A stretch of DNA of 62,000 nucleotides from contig OX597817.1 of assembly GCA_951406725.2 (NCBI GenBank), forward strand, positions 87,874,001-87,936,000, given 5' to 3'. Numbering within the stretch: the stretch's first letter is position 1; each line of letters begins with the position of its first letter. Below are positions 48,991 through 62,000 of the stretch, piece after piece. Source of the DNA: Octopus vulgaris (lineage: Eukaryota). A program made the position numbers and the translations under genes. The notes beneath the pieces are model-generated. The model searched no databases. It worked only from the letters and a program-made list of their open reading frames with translations, and was not told where the DNA came from.

Positions 48991-50834
48991 AGAATATTAC
49001 AAGACATCTGCCAAATATAAAAAAAAAATACAAGAAGTTGATTTAAGCTGAAATTTTGTTACCAACCAGCTTACGACCAGCCCTAGTTCTATGATACAAT
49101 CTTCTTGTTCTAAAATGATCTGAATAAAAACCTTCCATCAAATTTCATGTTTATTTATGTTTGAAGCACCAGCTTAATAATGCCAGACATTTTCCAAAAT
49201 TCTTCATCATTTTCAAAATAAATTGTAACAAAGGCAGTGTATTTCAATAGAATTACAGTAACAAAAGGGTTTGATAAATTATCCTCTTTTCATAATGACT
49301 AATATAGGCTAACCAATGTTAGATTTATTTTAGTGACAGCAGAAATAGTTTTGATTGTTTTGTTTATTGCAGAGCCAGTCATAGAATGTTGAGAAAAACA
49401 AATATAACTGATCTTAAGCACAATAGAGTTACTGTGAATTTTTTGTCAAATGAATGCTGACCTTTTTACTGTTGAAATAAGATGTATCCACTCAAAATTT
49501 CATTATCCTTATTTGCGGAAAACAGTTTTATATACCAGTCTATCTTTTGTTGAAGAAAGTCATATTTGAAATTATTTTCGTTAAGAGATATGTCTAGTCT
49601 ATTGAGAAAACATGACTTGCAGAAAATAAACAATTCTATTTTTGGTAGAAGTATAACATCATTACTGAAATAACCATGAAATTCAGTTTTGCAGTTAAAA
49701 GGTTAAAGATGTTTAGCAAACATCAACATACATCAGCAAATAAAAGGCAGCAAGTTGGCAGAAATGTTAGCACACTGGGCGAAATGCTTATCAGTATTTC
49801 ATCTGTCTTTACGTTCTAAGTTCAAATTCCGCTGAGGTCGACTTTGCTTTTCATCCTTCTAGGGTCGATAAATTATGTACCAATTGTGTACTGGGGTAGA
49901 TCTAATTGACTGGGCCCCTCCCCAAAAATTTCAGGCCTTGTGCCTAAAATAGAAAAGAATAATTTGTTTGATTTCCATAAACGAGACCCCATACTCTTGT
50001 TAGATTCATCAGTCCACTGGAGTAATTTTGACTGAGTAAACACACAACAAGGTGTCTCAAAGTACTCTTACAGTGGTTAACCATTTGTATTATGAGCACA
50101 CATCATCAAAAGAGGGAGATATTCTCCAATAATGAAAAACAACAGCAATCAGATATTCATGTTCAAATCTACCAGATCATATTAGCACCATCATCATCAT
50201 CATCATCATCATCATTTAATTTTGCCATCCATGATTGTATGATTTGGACTATTTGACAGGAGTTAGGCAAGCCAGAGAGCTGCACCAGGTTCCATTATCT
50301 GCTTTGGCATAGTTTCTACAGCTGGATGCCCTTCTTAATGCCAACCCCTTTACAGGGGTACTTTTTATGTGGCACCAACACCAGTGGGGTCGCCAAGTAA
50401 CTTGCAAGATGAAGACCTCTCAGCTGGGAAAGGGGGTGGAACTGAGGAAGTGAAGAAAGTAGCTTTGTGCTAGGTGAGAGGGTAGAGTATAAGTGAGGGA
50501 TAGAGATAGGTGTCTTACTGTAGAAAAGATACTTGGCTACCCTATTATCAAAAGAAAGGAGAGATAGAGTTAGAGAGAAAGATACAGAGACAGCTAGAGT
50601 GAGAGAGAGAGAAATAGATGCATCAGGACCTTCTCGTATGTAGCAGATGTATGGTGGCTACTATGAATATGTATGTTAGTGAATTTTGAAGAATTGCTAA
50701 GTAACTGTTATGTAGAGCAGTAAAAGAGACTGACTAGTTTTTGCAAGCTGTATATATTTATATCCAATATAACACCAAGATTGGTTGAAGTACCCTGTTT
50801 AAGAGTATGTAGTATATCCTTTATGGTATTAAAT

Positions 50835-51191
50835 AATTACCTCCACCTTGGTGGAGGTATTGTTTTCAGTTGTGTTTGTTTGATTGTTTATCTGTGGACA
50901 AGATATCTCAAGAACCGTTGGATGGATTCAGATGAAACTTTCAGAGATGTTTCACCTTGTGACTGGCATGAACTGATTAGATTTTGAGATCGAGTCAGTA
51001 CTGGACACGGATTCTGGATTATTTTACCATTTTTTATACTTAATTTTTGAGAGCAGTCTGGTTAATTTTAGTTTGTGAGAACAGTTGAGTTTATTTCAGA
51101 TATTCTCATTTTAAAAATCATCTCTGGCTAATCATTGAGAGGACGTTGATATTGCCTTAGTGGAGGTTTATGCTCTCAGAGTGCTCTTGTT
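50835..51191 (+). mobile_element. Helentron-associated non-autonomous element (HINE/DINE-1-like)
   Basis: 5' ttacctccaccttggtggaggta, (gttt)n-like tract, 3' subterminal gtggaggt, terminal hairpin gctctcagagtgc, ends ..cttgtt. Confidence 0.65.
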
Positions 51192-51695
51192 TAATATTTG
51201 TTTTGATATTTATTTGTTAGGGTAAAGGTGGTGAACTGGCAGAATCGTTAGCACACCAGACAAAATTTATAGCAGCATTCCATCTGTCTTTACATTTTGA
51301 GTTCAAATTCTGCCAAAGTTGACATTACCTTTCATCCTTTTGAGATCAATAAAATAAGTGCCAGTTGAGTATTGGGGTCAATGTAATTGACTTACCCCTC
51401 CCCCTAACTTACTGGCCTTGTGCCAAAGTTTGAAACTAATATTTATTTGTTAAGATAAAGGCAGCAAGCTGACAGGATTGTTAGCACTCTGGGCAAAATG
51501 CTTAGCAGCATTTCGTCTATTTTTACTTTCTGGATGAATAAAATAAATACCTATTGAGTGCTGGGATCAATGTAATCAACTTATTCTCTCCCCAAAAATT
51601 GCTGGCCTTGTGCTAAAATTTGAAACCAGTATTCATTTGTTAGGGTACTCCATTTTATGGTATTTAATATGCATTTTTTTTTTTCTATTTTGCAG

Positions 51696-51815
51696 AAACT
51701 GCGTAACCTAATTTCATTGTTGTTTTGCACGGTACCTACTTTTGAATTGTTGGCTGGAGAAAAGCTTCCAAAGAAGGATCAATATGATTTCCGGGAAATC
51801 CCAACAACAATAGCT
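51696..51815 (+). CDS. TBC1D32: TBC1D32 internal exon F (120 nt, phase 0 to 0)
   Basis: ttctattttgcag|AAA..GCT|gtaagt; KLRNLISLLFCTVPTFELLAGEKLPKKDQYDFREIPTTIA vs human [39 protein letters not shown]. Confidence 0.9.
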
Positions 51816-52379
51816 GTAAGTTAAACTTATATCATGATATATATATCACTAATACCAATATATTTTGATATGTACCACTAATATTGGTGTATATGTTGCT
51901 AATCATCATCATCATCATCATCATCATTTTATGTCTATTTTCCATACTGGCATGGATTGAACAATTTGACAAGAGCTGGCTAGCCAGAAACTGCTTTGGC
52001 ATGGCTTCTACAGTTGGATACCTTTCCTAACACCAACCATTTTGTCTTACATATCTTGAGTGCTTTTTGAATCATGGGATCATGGACCATGCTGTGAGAA
52101 CACACGGGAATGGCATTTCCTTACTTTTCCAAATATACCCAAATTTAAAATGATCAAATATAACAATATCATTCATTCGGCATGTGTTGAAATATGCCAA
52201 AACAATTTAATTCCACACAAATATATGTTGCTATACATTTAATTTATGTGTTAATTCTATTTACTGAAACTTGCAAAAAAGCATATTTTGCTTTAAAGTA
52301 GTATCTCTTTGTAGGCACAATTGTCAGTAATCATACTGTTTCCATTTCTCTCAGCCAATATTTTTACATTAGCCTTCTT

Positions 52380-53050
52380 TCAAACTCTAGATAATGCAAC
52401 ATACAGCTGACCATATGAGAAGAACTGTGTCGGAAGATATATTCCAATTTGTTCAAAAGTTTGTTCCTGTGCCTTGTTGCACATCAAGGCAAAAGCTGGC
52501 TTGACAGGAAATTGTTTGCATGTAAATGTGAATGGAAATTCCATTTCTTGAGATATATGTGGTATTCTTGGGATTAGTAGTGTTGATCCTGCATAAGGAC
52601 CAGCACAATTTGTGAATGATTTTCTGTTGATCCTGGTCAACAGAAAATCATTCACAAATTGTGCTGTTTCATTTTTTGGAGTAATGATGGTTCTATTTGC
52701 AAGCTACTCAGGGTTTGTGAAGTTATTTTTGAGGTCAGCATATACAAGATCACATAGATCTGAAAGAGTACCATTTTCAAGGCAAAGGTCATTGGGTAGT
52801 CTGATTTTGAATTCACCTAGGCTTTGTTAAACAGAAATGCACCATTTCCTACATTAAGAAGGTAATCAGCAAACTCTCTTTCATCAGAATGACTTTCTGT
52901 AAGAAGTCTTAGATTGATTGTCAACTCCGCTACCTCCACATGATCACAAAGAAAAGATCTCTTTAGTTGTTGCATCAACAATTTGTGATCTGACACCATT
53001 ATTTTGAAGTAGAATATTCTCCTCTCAAGATGCTCTAATGTGTAATAGAA
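52380..53050 (-). mobile_element. Helitron Pif1-like helicase remnant
   Basis: LTINLR..EREFADYLLNVGNG; LIPRIP..FPFTFTCKQFPVKPAFALMCNKAQEQTF..GIYLPTQFFSYGQLYVALSRV. Confidence 0.85.
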
Positions 53051-53324
53051 ACAGAATCATGTCCATGTCTCCATGCATATTCAGACATCTGTTTCAGTTG
53101 CTTTGCCCTGGTTTCACGTGATTCAGTTGCCCATCTTTCTCTCTGTCATTATGCCTTTGCTGCTAAATTTTCTTTTCCAGTCGCATATTCATCATCATCA
53201 TCATCATCATCGTTGATGATATATAAATAAATGCTCGTTAAAAACTATCTTGTTTAGCTTGCTAGAAATGGCAGCGATCACATAGTTATTATTGTGAGGT
53301 TTATAGCGTTCCAAGTAGCCATAA

Positions 53325-53626
53325 CAACAAAATCACTTCTTCATTTAAAAAGGAAAAAAAATTATACATATATATTAAAGAATCTTCCTTTTGTCAAAAA
53401 TATTCATTTAACAAACTCTGGAAACTGATAATATTCTTGAAATTGTTCTCGTATCAAAATTATACAGCTATTTTATGTAATAGCATGCATTCATTCAACA
53501 CAAAATCACTTTAAAATTATACCAGTATATTAAAAAATTTTCATTTTATCAAAAATATTCATTTAACAAACTCCGGAAACTGATAATATTCTTGAAATTG
53601 TGTCTCATATCAAGGTTATGTGGCTA
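53325..53626 (+). repeat. Two-unit ~155-bp tandem repeat
   Basis: tcaaaaatattcatttaacaaactc.ggaaactgataatattcttgaaattg at 53394 and 53549. Confidence 0.8.
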
Positions 53627-53944
53627 TTATCAAATTATCATTAATGAAAATAGAGGCAAGCAAGAATGAGAGACTGTTACAAATAAAAACATAAAATGTT
53701 GCCTGCAATTAATTAATAGTGTTTATTATTAAACATTAAAATCTACTCCACAGTAAATGCAATGAATATTTAAATTTATGAAGAATTGGACGCAGTGAAT
53801 GCAATGAATTAATGCAATGAACATGAATTAATAACAATATTTCCAGATGGGCAAGCTTTTAATATTGCTTTCTTTTAATAATTGTTATATATCTAATTAA
53901 TAAGTAGCTTTCTCCATTATAGTATATATATATATGTATATGTG

Positions 53945-53981
<37 letters not shown>

Positions 53982-54309
53982 ATATGTGTGTGTACATGTG
54001 TGTTTGGTCATCCCCCACCTCTTGACAACCGGTGTTGGTATGTTTATGTCCCCGTAACTTATCAGTTTGACAAAAGAGACCAATAAAATAAGTATCACCC
54101 TTTAAAACAATTAAGTACTGGGGTCAATTGATTCAACTATAAAAACACTCTTCAAGGCAGTGCTCCAGCATGGCCACAACCTAATGACTGATGCAAGTAA
54201 AATAAAAGATAATATTGGGATATGATGATACATGTCACTATTATTGATATCCATCCATCCATCTGAGAACGTATTGGTTCTTATTCTATTACCAATGTTG
54301 TGTATATAT

Positions 54310-54340
<31 letters not shown>

Positions 54341-54839
54341 TTATATCATCATTGTTGTAACTTCCCTTTTTCCATGCTAGCATTGGTCAGATGGATATTG
54401 CTGAGGTAGATTTCTATATCTGGATACCCCTTCCTGTCACCAACTCCAAAATAAAGTTATATTTCCTCATGACCAGAAAGACTTTCACAGGAGATTGGAA
54501 ATAAAAGACACTGTTTGTGTGGAGGTGATGCTCATTTAATAACTATTAAAACATGTCAAGCCGAGGAGATACTAATACACACACACACACGTTAGGCTTC
54601 TTTCAGTTTCCATCTACTAAACCCACTAACAAGGCTTTGGTCAGCCAGGAGTTGCAGAAATGCTATTGCTGAAGGTGCCACACAGTGGGACTGAACCCAA
54701 AACCATATGGTTGGAAAATAAACTTCTTAACTACACAACTACATATATGGCTATATATCAGATGTCTGTGATTGTACATGTAAATATTAAATATATGTTT
54801 ATGTGTGTATATATTTGGTGTGTATTAATAGTGTATATA

Positions 54840-55400
54840 TATTAGATACATATGTTTATATGTGTATGTATTATGTGTGTGAGTTTATATGTGTGTATGT
54901 ATTAGTTGTCTGTGTTTATATATGTGCATATACTAGATGTCTTTGTTTGTATCTGTAAACATAGTAGGTGTCTGTGCTTAGACATGTGTATATATTTGAT
55001 GTCTATAGGCGACATCTGTGTTTATATATGTGTATACATTAGATGTCTGTGTTTATATCTGTGTATATAGTAGATATCTGTGTTTATACATGTGTATATA
55101 TTAGATGTCTGTGTTTATATGCGTACATATAGTAGACATCTGTGTCTATTCATGTATATATATTAGAAGTCTCTATTTATATATGTATATATAGTAGATG
55201 TCTGTTTATACATGTGTCTGTATTAGATTTCTTTGTTTATGCATGTGTGTTTATGTGTATATTAAAATCTTTGCTTATGAATATATATATATATATATTA
55301 GCTGTCTGTTTATATATGTGTTAAGTGTCTGTGTTTATGTGCATATATGCCTGTTTATGTGTGTGTGTATTAGATGTCTTTGTTTATCTGTGTGTATGAG
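54840..55400 (+). repeat. ~31-bp minisatellite with alternating TTAGA/GTAGA units
   Basis: tattagatgtctgtgtttata.. alternating with tagtagatatctgtgtttata.. Confidence 0.75.
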
Positions 55401-55442
55401 GTGCCTGCATATTGCTTTATTATTATTTTGAAAGTGTTTTCA

Positions 55443-55481
<39 letters not shown>

Positions 55482-55862
55482 GAGAGAGAGTGAGAGAGAG
55501 ATGGGTGGAGTAAATAGATATGTAGGTAGGTAGCAAGACATTTCATTCTAATATTTTGTGTACACATGACAGAACATTTTTATGTCATTATTTCCTGGAG
55601 ATTTCTGTATTTTAAGGGATGGGGTGTGTTGGTTGGTCTGCTTCACATCCTTTCTTCTCTTGAAGAATGATATTTTTTCCTATGGCATGATTTGAAAGCA
55701 GCTCTATGAGCTAAGAAACTAAAGTAAGCAAATATAATGCATTTTCAGTAAGAATTGTGAGGAATAGTTCAAAGTAACACCTTCTAGTGCTGTTTTAAAT
55801 GAAGCTTTCGGTAGAAATTTTGAGGAAAGTGTTATTTTTTTTAATATTGTTGTGTATATCTG

Positions 55863-55921
<59 letters not shown>

Positions 55922-55991
55922 TACTATATCAGATATGTATTTTTCTCTTCATACACTCTTTTCTTTCCATCTGTTTTCTTTCTTCATCTAT

Positions 55992-56028
55992 TCTTTCTGT
56001 AGAGGAGCATAGGCTCAAAATGTTAAAT
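55992..56028 (+). ncRNA. Degenerate copy of the A6U hammerhead-like motif
   Basis: TCTTT CTGTAGA G GAG catagg CTC AAA ATGT T AAATA. Confidence 0.45.
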
Positions 56029-56177
56029 ACATCTCATTTAAATACATCTTCATTTAACATCCATTGTCCATAGTGGCATGAGTTGGATGGTTTTTAACCA
56101 GGGCTGGCAAGCTGGAAGGCTGTACAAGACTCTAGTCTAATTTGGTATAATCAGATTTGAAAGTAATTAGTATTGTA

Positions 56178-56221
<44 letters not shown>

Positions 56222-57665
56222 ATTTCATCATCATCATTTAACATCTACTTTCCATACTGGTATGGTAAGACAATTTGATAGGAACTGGGCAGCTGGGGAG
56301 CTTCCCAGGTTCCAGTTGTCTACTTGGCATTGTTTCTATATCTGGATGTCCTTCCTAATGCCAACTACTTCACAGAGTGTAGTAGGTGCTTTTTACATGG
56401 CACCAGCATGGGCGCTTTATGTGGCACTAGCACAGGTGCTTTTACATGGCATTGGCACAGCAGCTTTTCATGGCACCAGCAAGAGTGTTTTTTATGTGAC
56501 ACCAGCACCTATGAGCCCTCAAGAGAAGGACTTCTCATCTGAGAGAAGGACATAGAGGACATACCTGTATGTATAAGATAGTCACAGTTTTACTTAGTTT
56601 GATGTGTTTTCTCAAGCACAGCAAACTAACAGAAGTCTCAGTCCCCAGTCATCACTTCTCTGTGTGGCCCAACATCTGAACATCCTTTTCTACCTCTTCA
56701 TCCCATGTCTTCCTAGGTTTACTCCTTTAACAGGTTCCCTCCACAGTTAGAGATTGGCTCTTTTTTCTGCAGCTGCCCTCATCCATATGCATCTCATGAC
56801 CATACCAGCACAGTCTTCTCTCTTGCACACTATATCTGATGCTAGTTTTTTCTCTTAAATCATTTACTCTGCCATACATGCACACTGACATTATCCATCC
56901 AGCAGAGGATGCTGACTTCACTTCTATCAAGCCTTTACATGTTCTCTTCATTCATAGCCCATGTTTCACAGCCATGGAACATACTCAAGCATCATACAAT
57001 TTACCTTTCACTATTAGGGAGAGGCCCTTTGTTACCTACAAAGGTAACAGCTCTCTCAACTTTGCCCAGTCTGTTCTTATTCTAGTAATTCAGAACTTCC
57101 TTCTCCACTATTAACTTGGTTGCCTAGCTAATGGAAGCTATCTACAACATCTAAGGATCCTTCTGTGAATTTAAGGAAGTCTATACTGTGTACATTCTTA
57201 GTGTTACCTGCACATCTGCCATGCACAAACTACTTTTTCTGTTAATTTTCATGTGATACCACTGCACTTCTTATGTATCCATAGCTTTTTCTGGAGTTTC
57301 TACAAACACCTTTCCTACATATTGATCAGGGTCAACTTCCTGAAGGGATTTGAGAGTTGTCCATTTTTCTACTACTAGGACTTTTGTTTAAATTGACTCA
57401 AAGGCCCTTAGATCCCAGACCTTGCTTCAACACCTGAAATTTTTTCTCTAGTTCAGGTGGTGATACAGCTATAACAACAAGGTCATCAGTGTAAAGGAAC
57501 TCCCAAGAACAGCCTGATTTAAATTCCAATTATGGCCTGGAGGGATGTGATGAACAAAAGGGGACTGAGAATTGATCTTTGGTGAACTCCTATTTGTACA
57601 CTAAATTTATTCTATAATCATTGCCAACCTTCACCTTACTGACAGCTTCCTTGTATATATACCAA
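56222..57665 (-). mobile_element. RTE LINE RT + 3' UTR with (GAT)n tail
   Basis: YKEAVSKVKVG..GVHQRSILSPLLFI..GCSWEFLYTDDLVVIA..KGL*VNL; 3' UTR runs into an S2-type tail. Confidence 0.8.
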
Positions 57666-60164
57666 CGTTTGTTTTTCTGTTCAATTATGATAAAAACAGT
57701 TTTATATTAAGTTAAAGGATTACTCCATACTCTTGTAGAGTACATATTTATTATTCTTTAACAAGAATAGCATTGACTATGTATGTATGTATGTATGTAT
57801 GTATGTATGTAGGTATGTATGTATGTATATATGTACGTACGTACGTACACACGCACGCATGCATGCATAAGTGTGTGTATGTATGTACGTGTAAATATAC
57901 GTATGTATTTATGTATGTATGTATGTACATACATAAGTAATTAGGAATATAATGTGTGTGTGTATGTAATTAGATTTGATCTTTAGGTATATGAGAATCT
58001 GATTGCAGTGTTATCAAGACAGGACATTAGCTGTCTATTGTGTGTTAAGTACACACAATGTCTTACATGCAAATGTTGAAAACTGTGTGCTATGGCAGAG
58101 GAAGTATATCATTGTATAATACAGTTTTGTGAAGCCATAGTTATGAGCGATTTCATTATTAAATGATATATTAGCTTAGTGTTCTCAGCCATTGTTTCTG
58201 AAATTTTTTTATTATAAATACATCAAGTAATTTTGTTATTTTTTCAGTGAATGGATAGCACATATTGAATGTCTTATAAATTATATTTAGAATATAGCTT
58301 AAAGGCAGTAGATTGTTTTTTGTTGTTTTTTTTTGTCTGTGCTGTTTTTTTTTAAATTTTAAAATAGTGAAATAATCCAGAATGTATGGTGTTGTTGAAT
58401 GGAAGTTTTGGAAATCAAATGTCGACAAAGAAATGTAACAGTTTATAATGAAGAGGAATATGAATTCATCAGATATTTTGTGTGGAACGCATAGAAAAGT
58501 CATCAGGTTATAACAATACTGCATACTGAAAATTTCTGCATGATTTTTAAAATGTTAGATTTAAATTAAAACAACTCCTCTATAATATCTGGCTGGTGTT
58601 TGAACTTACAAAGTGCAGTTCATCACCTTTGTGCAACATATTAGTTAATATATGTAGGCACAGTTGTGGCTGTGTGGTAAGAAGTTTGCTTCCCAATTAC
58701 ACAGTTCCGTGTTCAGTCCCACTGTGTAGTACCTTGGGCATGTGTTTTCTATTATAGCCTTGGACTGACCAAATTCTTGTGAGTGAATTTTGTTGACAGA
58801 AACTGAACGAAGCCCAGTATATATTGTCTGTGTGTGTGTGTGTGTATTTGTTCTCCATGTCTTGATATCACATGATAGTTGTAAATGAGTACCTCTCTGT
58901 CATAGAAGCAGTGTCATCCATTGCCAATATTCTGTGACAATATGTTTGGTTATGGGGAAATATTACCTTGTAGGTAGGGGTTGGTAACAGGAAAGGCATT
59001 CAGCTGTAGAAAATCTGCCTCAAATATACTCCATCCAACCCATGCAATCATGGAAAAGTGAACTTTAAAATGATGATTATGACGATGATGATGTAATATA
59101 ATGTACTGTAAACACATTGATAATATAAAGTAACATTGTATATAAAACTGGGAAAATGTTGGGTGATTGTATTGTTATTTCTGTTGAGAGTTATTGATTA
59201 AAAATAATACAAATTATTTATGAGGGGAAAAAACAACCAAATCATTGAATTTAATTGTTTCTAATGCAATATTAATTTGTTTTCTGTATATTTTTTCTTA
59301 ATGAACAATGAAGCATTGTGAAATAAGACTTATTGTAATTGATGTGGTAAAAAATGTGAAATGAAAACAATATGGTAGTATTGAGTTAGAAATATTAAAT
59401 GTCAAATGTAAGGAAGAAGAAAGGCAATAACAGTCTTCACAAGAAGAGAAAAAGAATAATAGAAGTTACAAAATAATAAAGCTAATGTTTGAAACTGATT
59501 AAGTCTTGGACTATTAATTACTTACTTCGTCAAGATCTAGTTGTTTCTTTGTTTTGTTAGGTTTAAAATTATTTCATTGTTAAAATGAAAAAACAAAATA
59601 ATTGGCTTTGAATTCCACATTTCTGATAAAAGAGATGAGATTGAGAAAAAACACTAAAACTTTAAAGGCATTTTTACATTTGTTTTTTCAACTTTAAAAT
59701 AAGTTGAATGGTTTCTGTTTAATTGTACATATATATGTATATGTGGAAGCACGTGGCTTAGTGGTTAGGGTGTGAGCATCATGATCGTAAGATTGTGGTT
59801 TCGATTCCTGGACCAGACGACGCATTGTGTTCTTGAGCAAAACACGTTGCTCCAGTCCACTCAGCTGGCAAAAATGAGTAACGCTGCGATGGACTGGCGT
59901 CCTATCCAGCTGGGGAACACATACGCCATGGAAACCGGGAAAACAGGCCCATGAGCCTGGCTAGGCTTTAAAAGGGCACATTTATTTTTCTTTTATATGT
60001 GTATATATGTATGTGTGCACACATACATACATATATAAAGATACACACACACACACACACAAACACACATACATATATATATGTATGTATACATATATGT
60101 GTATATATGTATGAATGTATATAGCTTATTTGGGACTTTGCTCCAGCCACATGTCTGTTCAGTA

Positions 60165-61090
60165 TCCTTGAGCAAGTTATTACATAGAAATTCCCAGTTT
60201 TCATCTACATTACAAGTATCTAAATCTACCTCTCTGCAGTCATATGCATCAGTTAGAACTTCTCTAAATCTGTTCCCGATTGTGGGATCTTTTAGTTTTC
60301 ATATCTTCCTTCTCCATGTCATCACATGTTTCTGTGTCTTCCTAGCTCTAATTCTGAAGTCACTAACCACTAATCTGTGTTGTGTAGTGCATTCTACGCT
60401 AGGAAAGGTTTTGGCTTTTACAACAGATGTTCTTTTCTTGGTGTGAATGTAATCTGTCTGATTTGTGTGTACACCAGATTTGTATGTGACAAGGTGGTTG
60501 GCTGGCTTACTAAAGCGAGTGTTACAAATTGTTAGATCCATTGCATCACAAGACTCCAGGAGCTGTACACTTCATTTCTCTCTTATATATGTTGTGGACT
60601 TATATATGTTGTAGAAGCCATTAGTGTGTTGACTACCGTGACTGTTGAACTCACCAGTCATGATAATAAAGTTGCCATCAGTCATCATCGAAATAGCCTG
60701 CAATAGGGTCTCATAGTAGCAGTCCTTCTGTACTTCTGTTAGTCCTGCCTATGGTGTATGCACCAAGATCACTGTCACTGTTGAGGTGCTTATAACTACT
60801 CTCATCTTGATAATGTTATCACATACTCTCATAACCTCAATTACTTTTTCTATCCATTTCTCAACTAACAGTATGCCTACTCCACCCCTTCCATCACTGT
60901 TACTCCCCTAGATGAATTTGTATCTCTGTCTTTGTGAAGAGTTTGTTTGAGGATCCTTCCTAGCATACTTCTTGCACACAACAAAAATCTACTCATTTTC
61001 ACTCCAGTAGTTTTTCAGTCTCACCAGACCTACCTTTCATCATGCCCTCATTTATAGTTGCAGCCCTAAAGTCTTGGAATCCACAAGAGA
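60165..61090 (-). mobile_element. RTE LINE APE endonuclease region
   Basis: CCVQEV..GGVGILLVEKW..MTGEFNSH; LTICNTRFSKPANHLVTYKSG..QTDYI..KTFPSVECTTQHRLVVSDF. Confidence 0.85.
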
Positions 61091-61230
61091 GGTGGGTGTA
61101 TCATCAATTAGAAGGCTATTATTTGATTGGATATGAACAAGCAAACAAACAAACAAACAAACAAACATACATACATACATACATACATACACACACACAC
61201 GCATGCATGCATGCACGCACACACACACAT

Positions 61231-61265
<35 letters not shown>

Positions 61266-61289
61266 TGCATGGGGCAGGAAAGTGAACTA

Positions 61290-62000
61290 ATCTCCAGTTG
61301 GATCTGCCTGTTGTTATGCAGTGGATGGAAAAACACAATCTGCAGCTAAACAAGTATAAATCTGAATTAATTCACTTCAGTAAAGAGGCTTCACTTAAGC
61401 TAACATATACTCTTCTCTTGAGCAAAAACCACCTGGCCTCAAACACCACCAGGGACCTCAGAGTAAACATAAGCTAGAGTGCCCTCATAAACAACAAGCT
61501 GACTTGGCCCACAGTCTACAGATGCTCCTACTATATCTTCTCCACCTTTACCCATACCCTTCTTGCATATTGTTGTCTGCTGTTGTCTCCTTACGTAACA
61601 CAAAATATTTTTAAGATTGAAGCACCCCAGAGATTAATCACAAAAAATAGATGACATGACAGGTCTTAATTATTGGGATTGTCTTGAGAAACTCAAATTT
61701 TATTCTTTCCAATGTCACCATATGGGTGCAATATCATTTGCATGATGTAGAAAATATTGCATGATGTAGAAATATAACAGCATTGCACAAATGATGTTGG
61801 CATCAATTTAAAGTTCATTCATGCCATCTGCCTTCTACATAAATCTTGTTTGCATCACATCACAACACTAAGACAGAACTAGTTCATTTCCAACTGGCCT
61901 GACTCTATTTAATATCATGCCAAGACACATAAGAGAAGAAAAAGACCTCATAACATTCAAATACTTCCTGGGTGAATATCTCTAACAAATTTAGATAAAC
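61290..62000 (+). mobile_element. CR1/L2-type LINE RT C-terminal remnant
   Basis: QWMEKHNLQLNKYKSELIHF; APQRLITK..TGLNYWDCLEKLKFYSFQ; LFNIMPRHIR..FKYFL. Confidence 0.7.

Noticed and set aside
6251-61353. Most listed ORFs rich in YI/CV/HT/poly-M, V, R, S, L or N
   Set aside because: They are translations of microsatellites and trinucleotide fields or of SINE bodies (recurrent HSQGFG.PEAIVED..P.CH peptide); no splice or homology support.
51816-62000. Next TBC1D32 exon (expected DIIDRL..FNYEQSH..GLR-like)
   Set aside because: No matching AG..GT segment found; it probably lies beyond the window.

Overview
Eukaryotic, AT-rich, microsatellite- and SINE-saturated DNA. The repeat families point to an octopod cephalopod (inference). 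The window lies inside one + strand gene, TBC1D32 (Broad-minded/BROMI). Six internal coding exons (748 nt, phase-consistent GT-AG splicing) are present; neither start nor stop codon is in the window, and I found no supported exon in 1-13909 or 51816-62000. The introns hold decayed L1/Tx1, RTE, CR1 and RLE-type LINEs, two near-full-length mariners, Tc1/maT pieces, a Helitron remnant, a Helentron-type HINE, piggyBac-like MITEs and dozens of tRNA-derived SINEs. There are also three Penelope-like element (PLE) remnants, one with a 445-codon uninterrupted frame. Most unusual: about 10 minimal type-I hammerhead-ribozyme-like motifs in at least 4 sequence families. One forms the tail of a composite at 9480-11381 with a tRNA-like Pol III head, an inverted 5' copy of the tail and a perfect 15-bp target-site duplication, a candidate PLE-mobilised, ribozyme-tailed SINE. 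All homology calls come from motif recognition by eye; no searches or folding programs were run. Repeat boundaries are approximate, exon boundaries exact.
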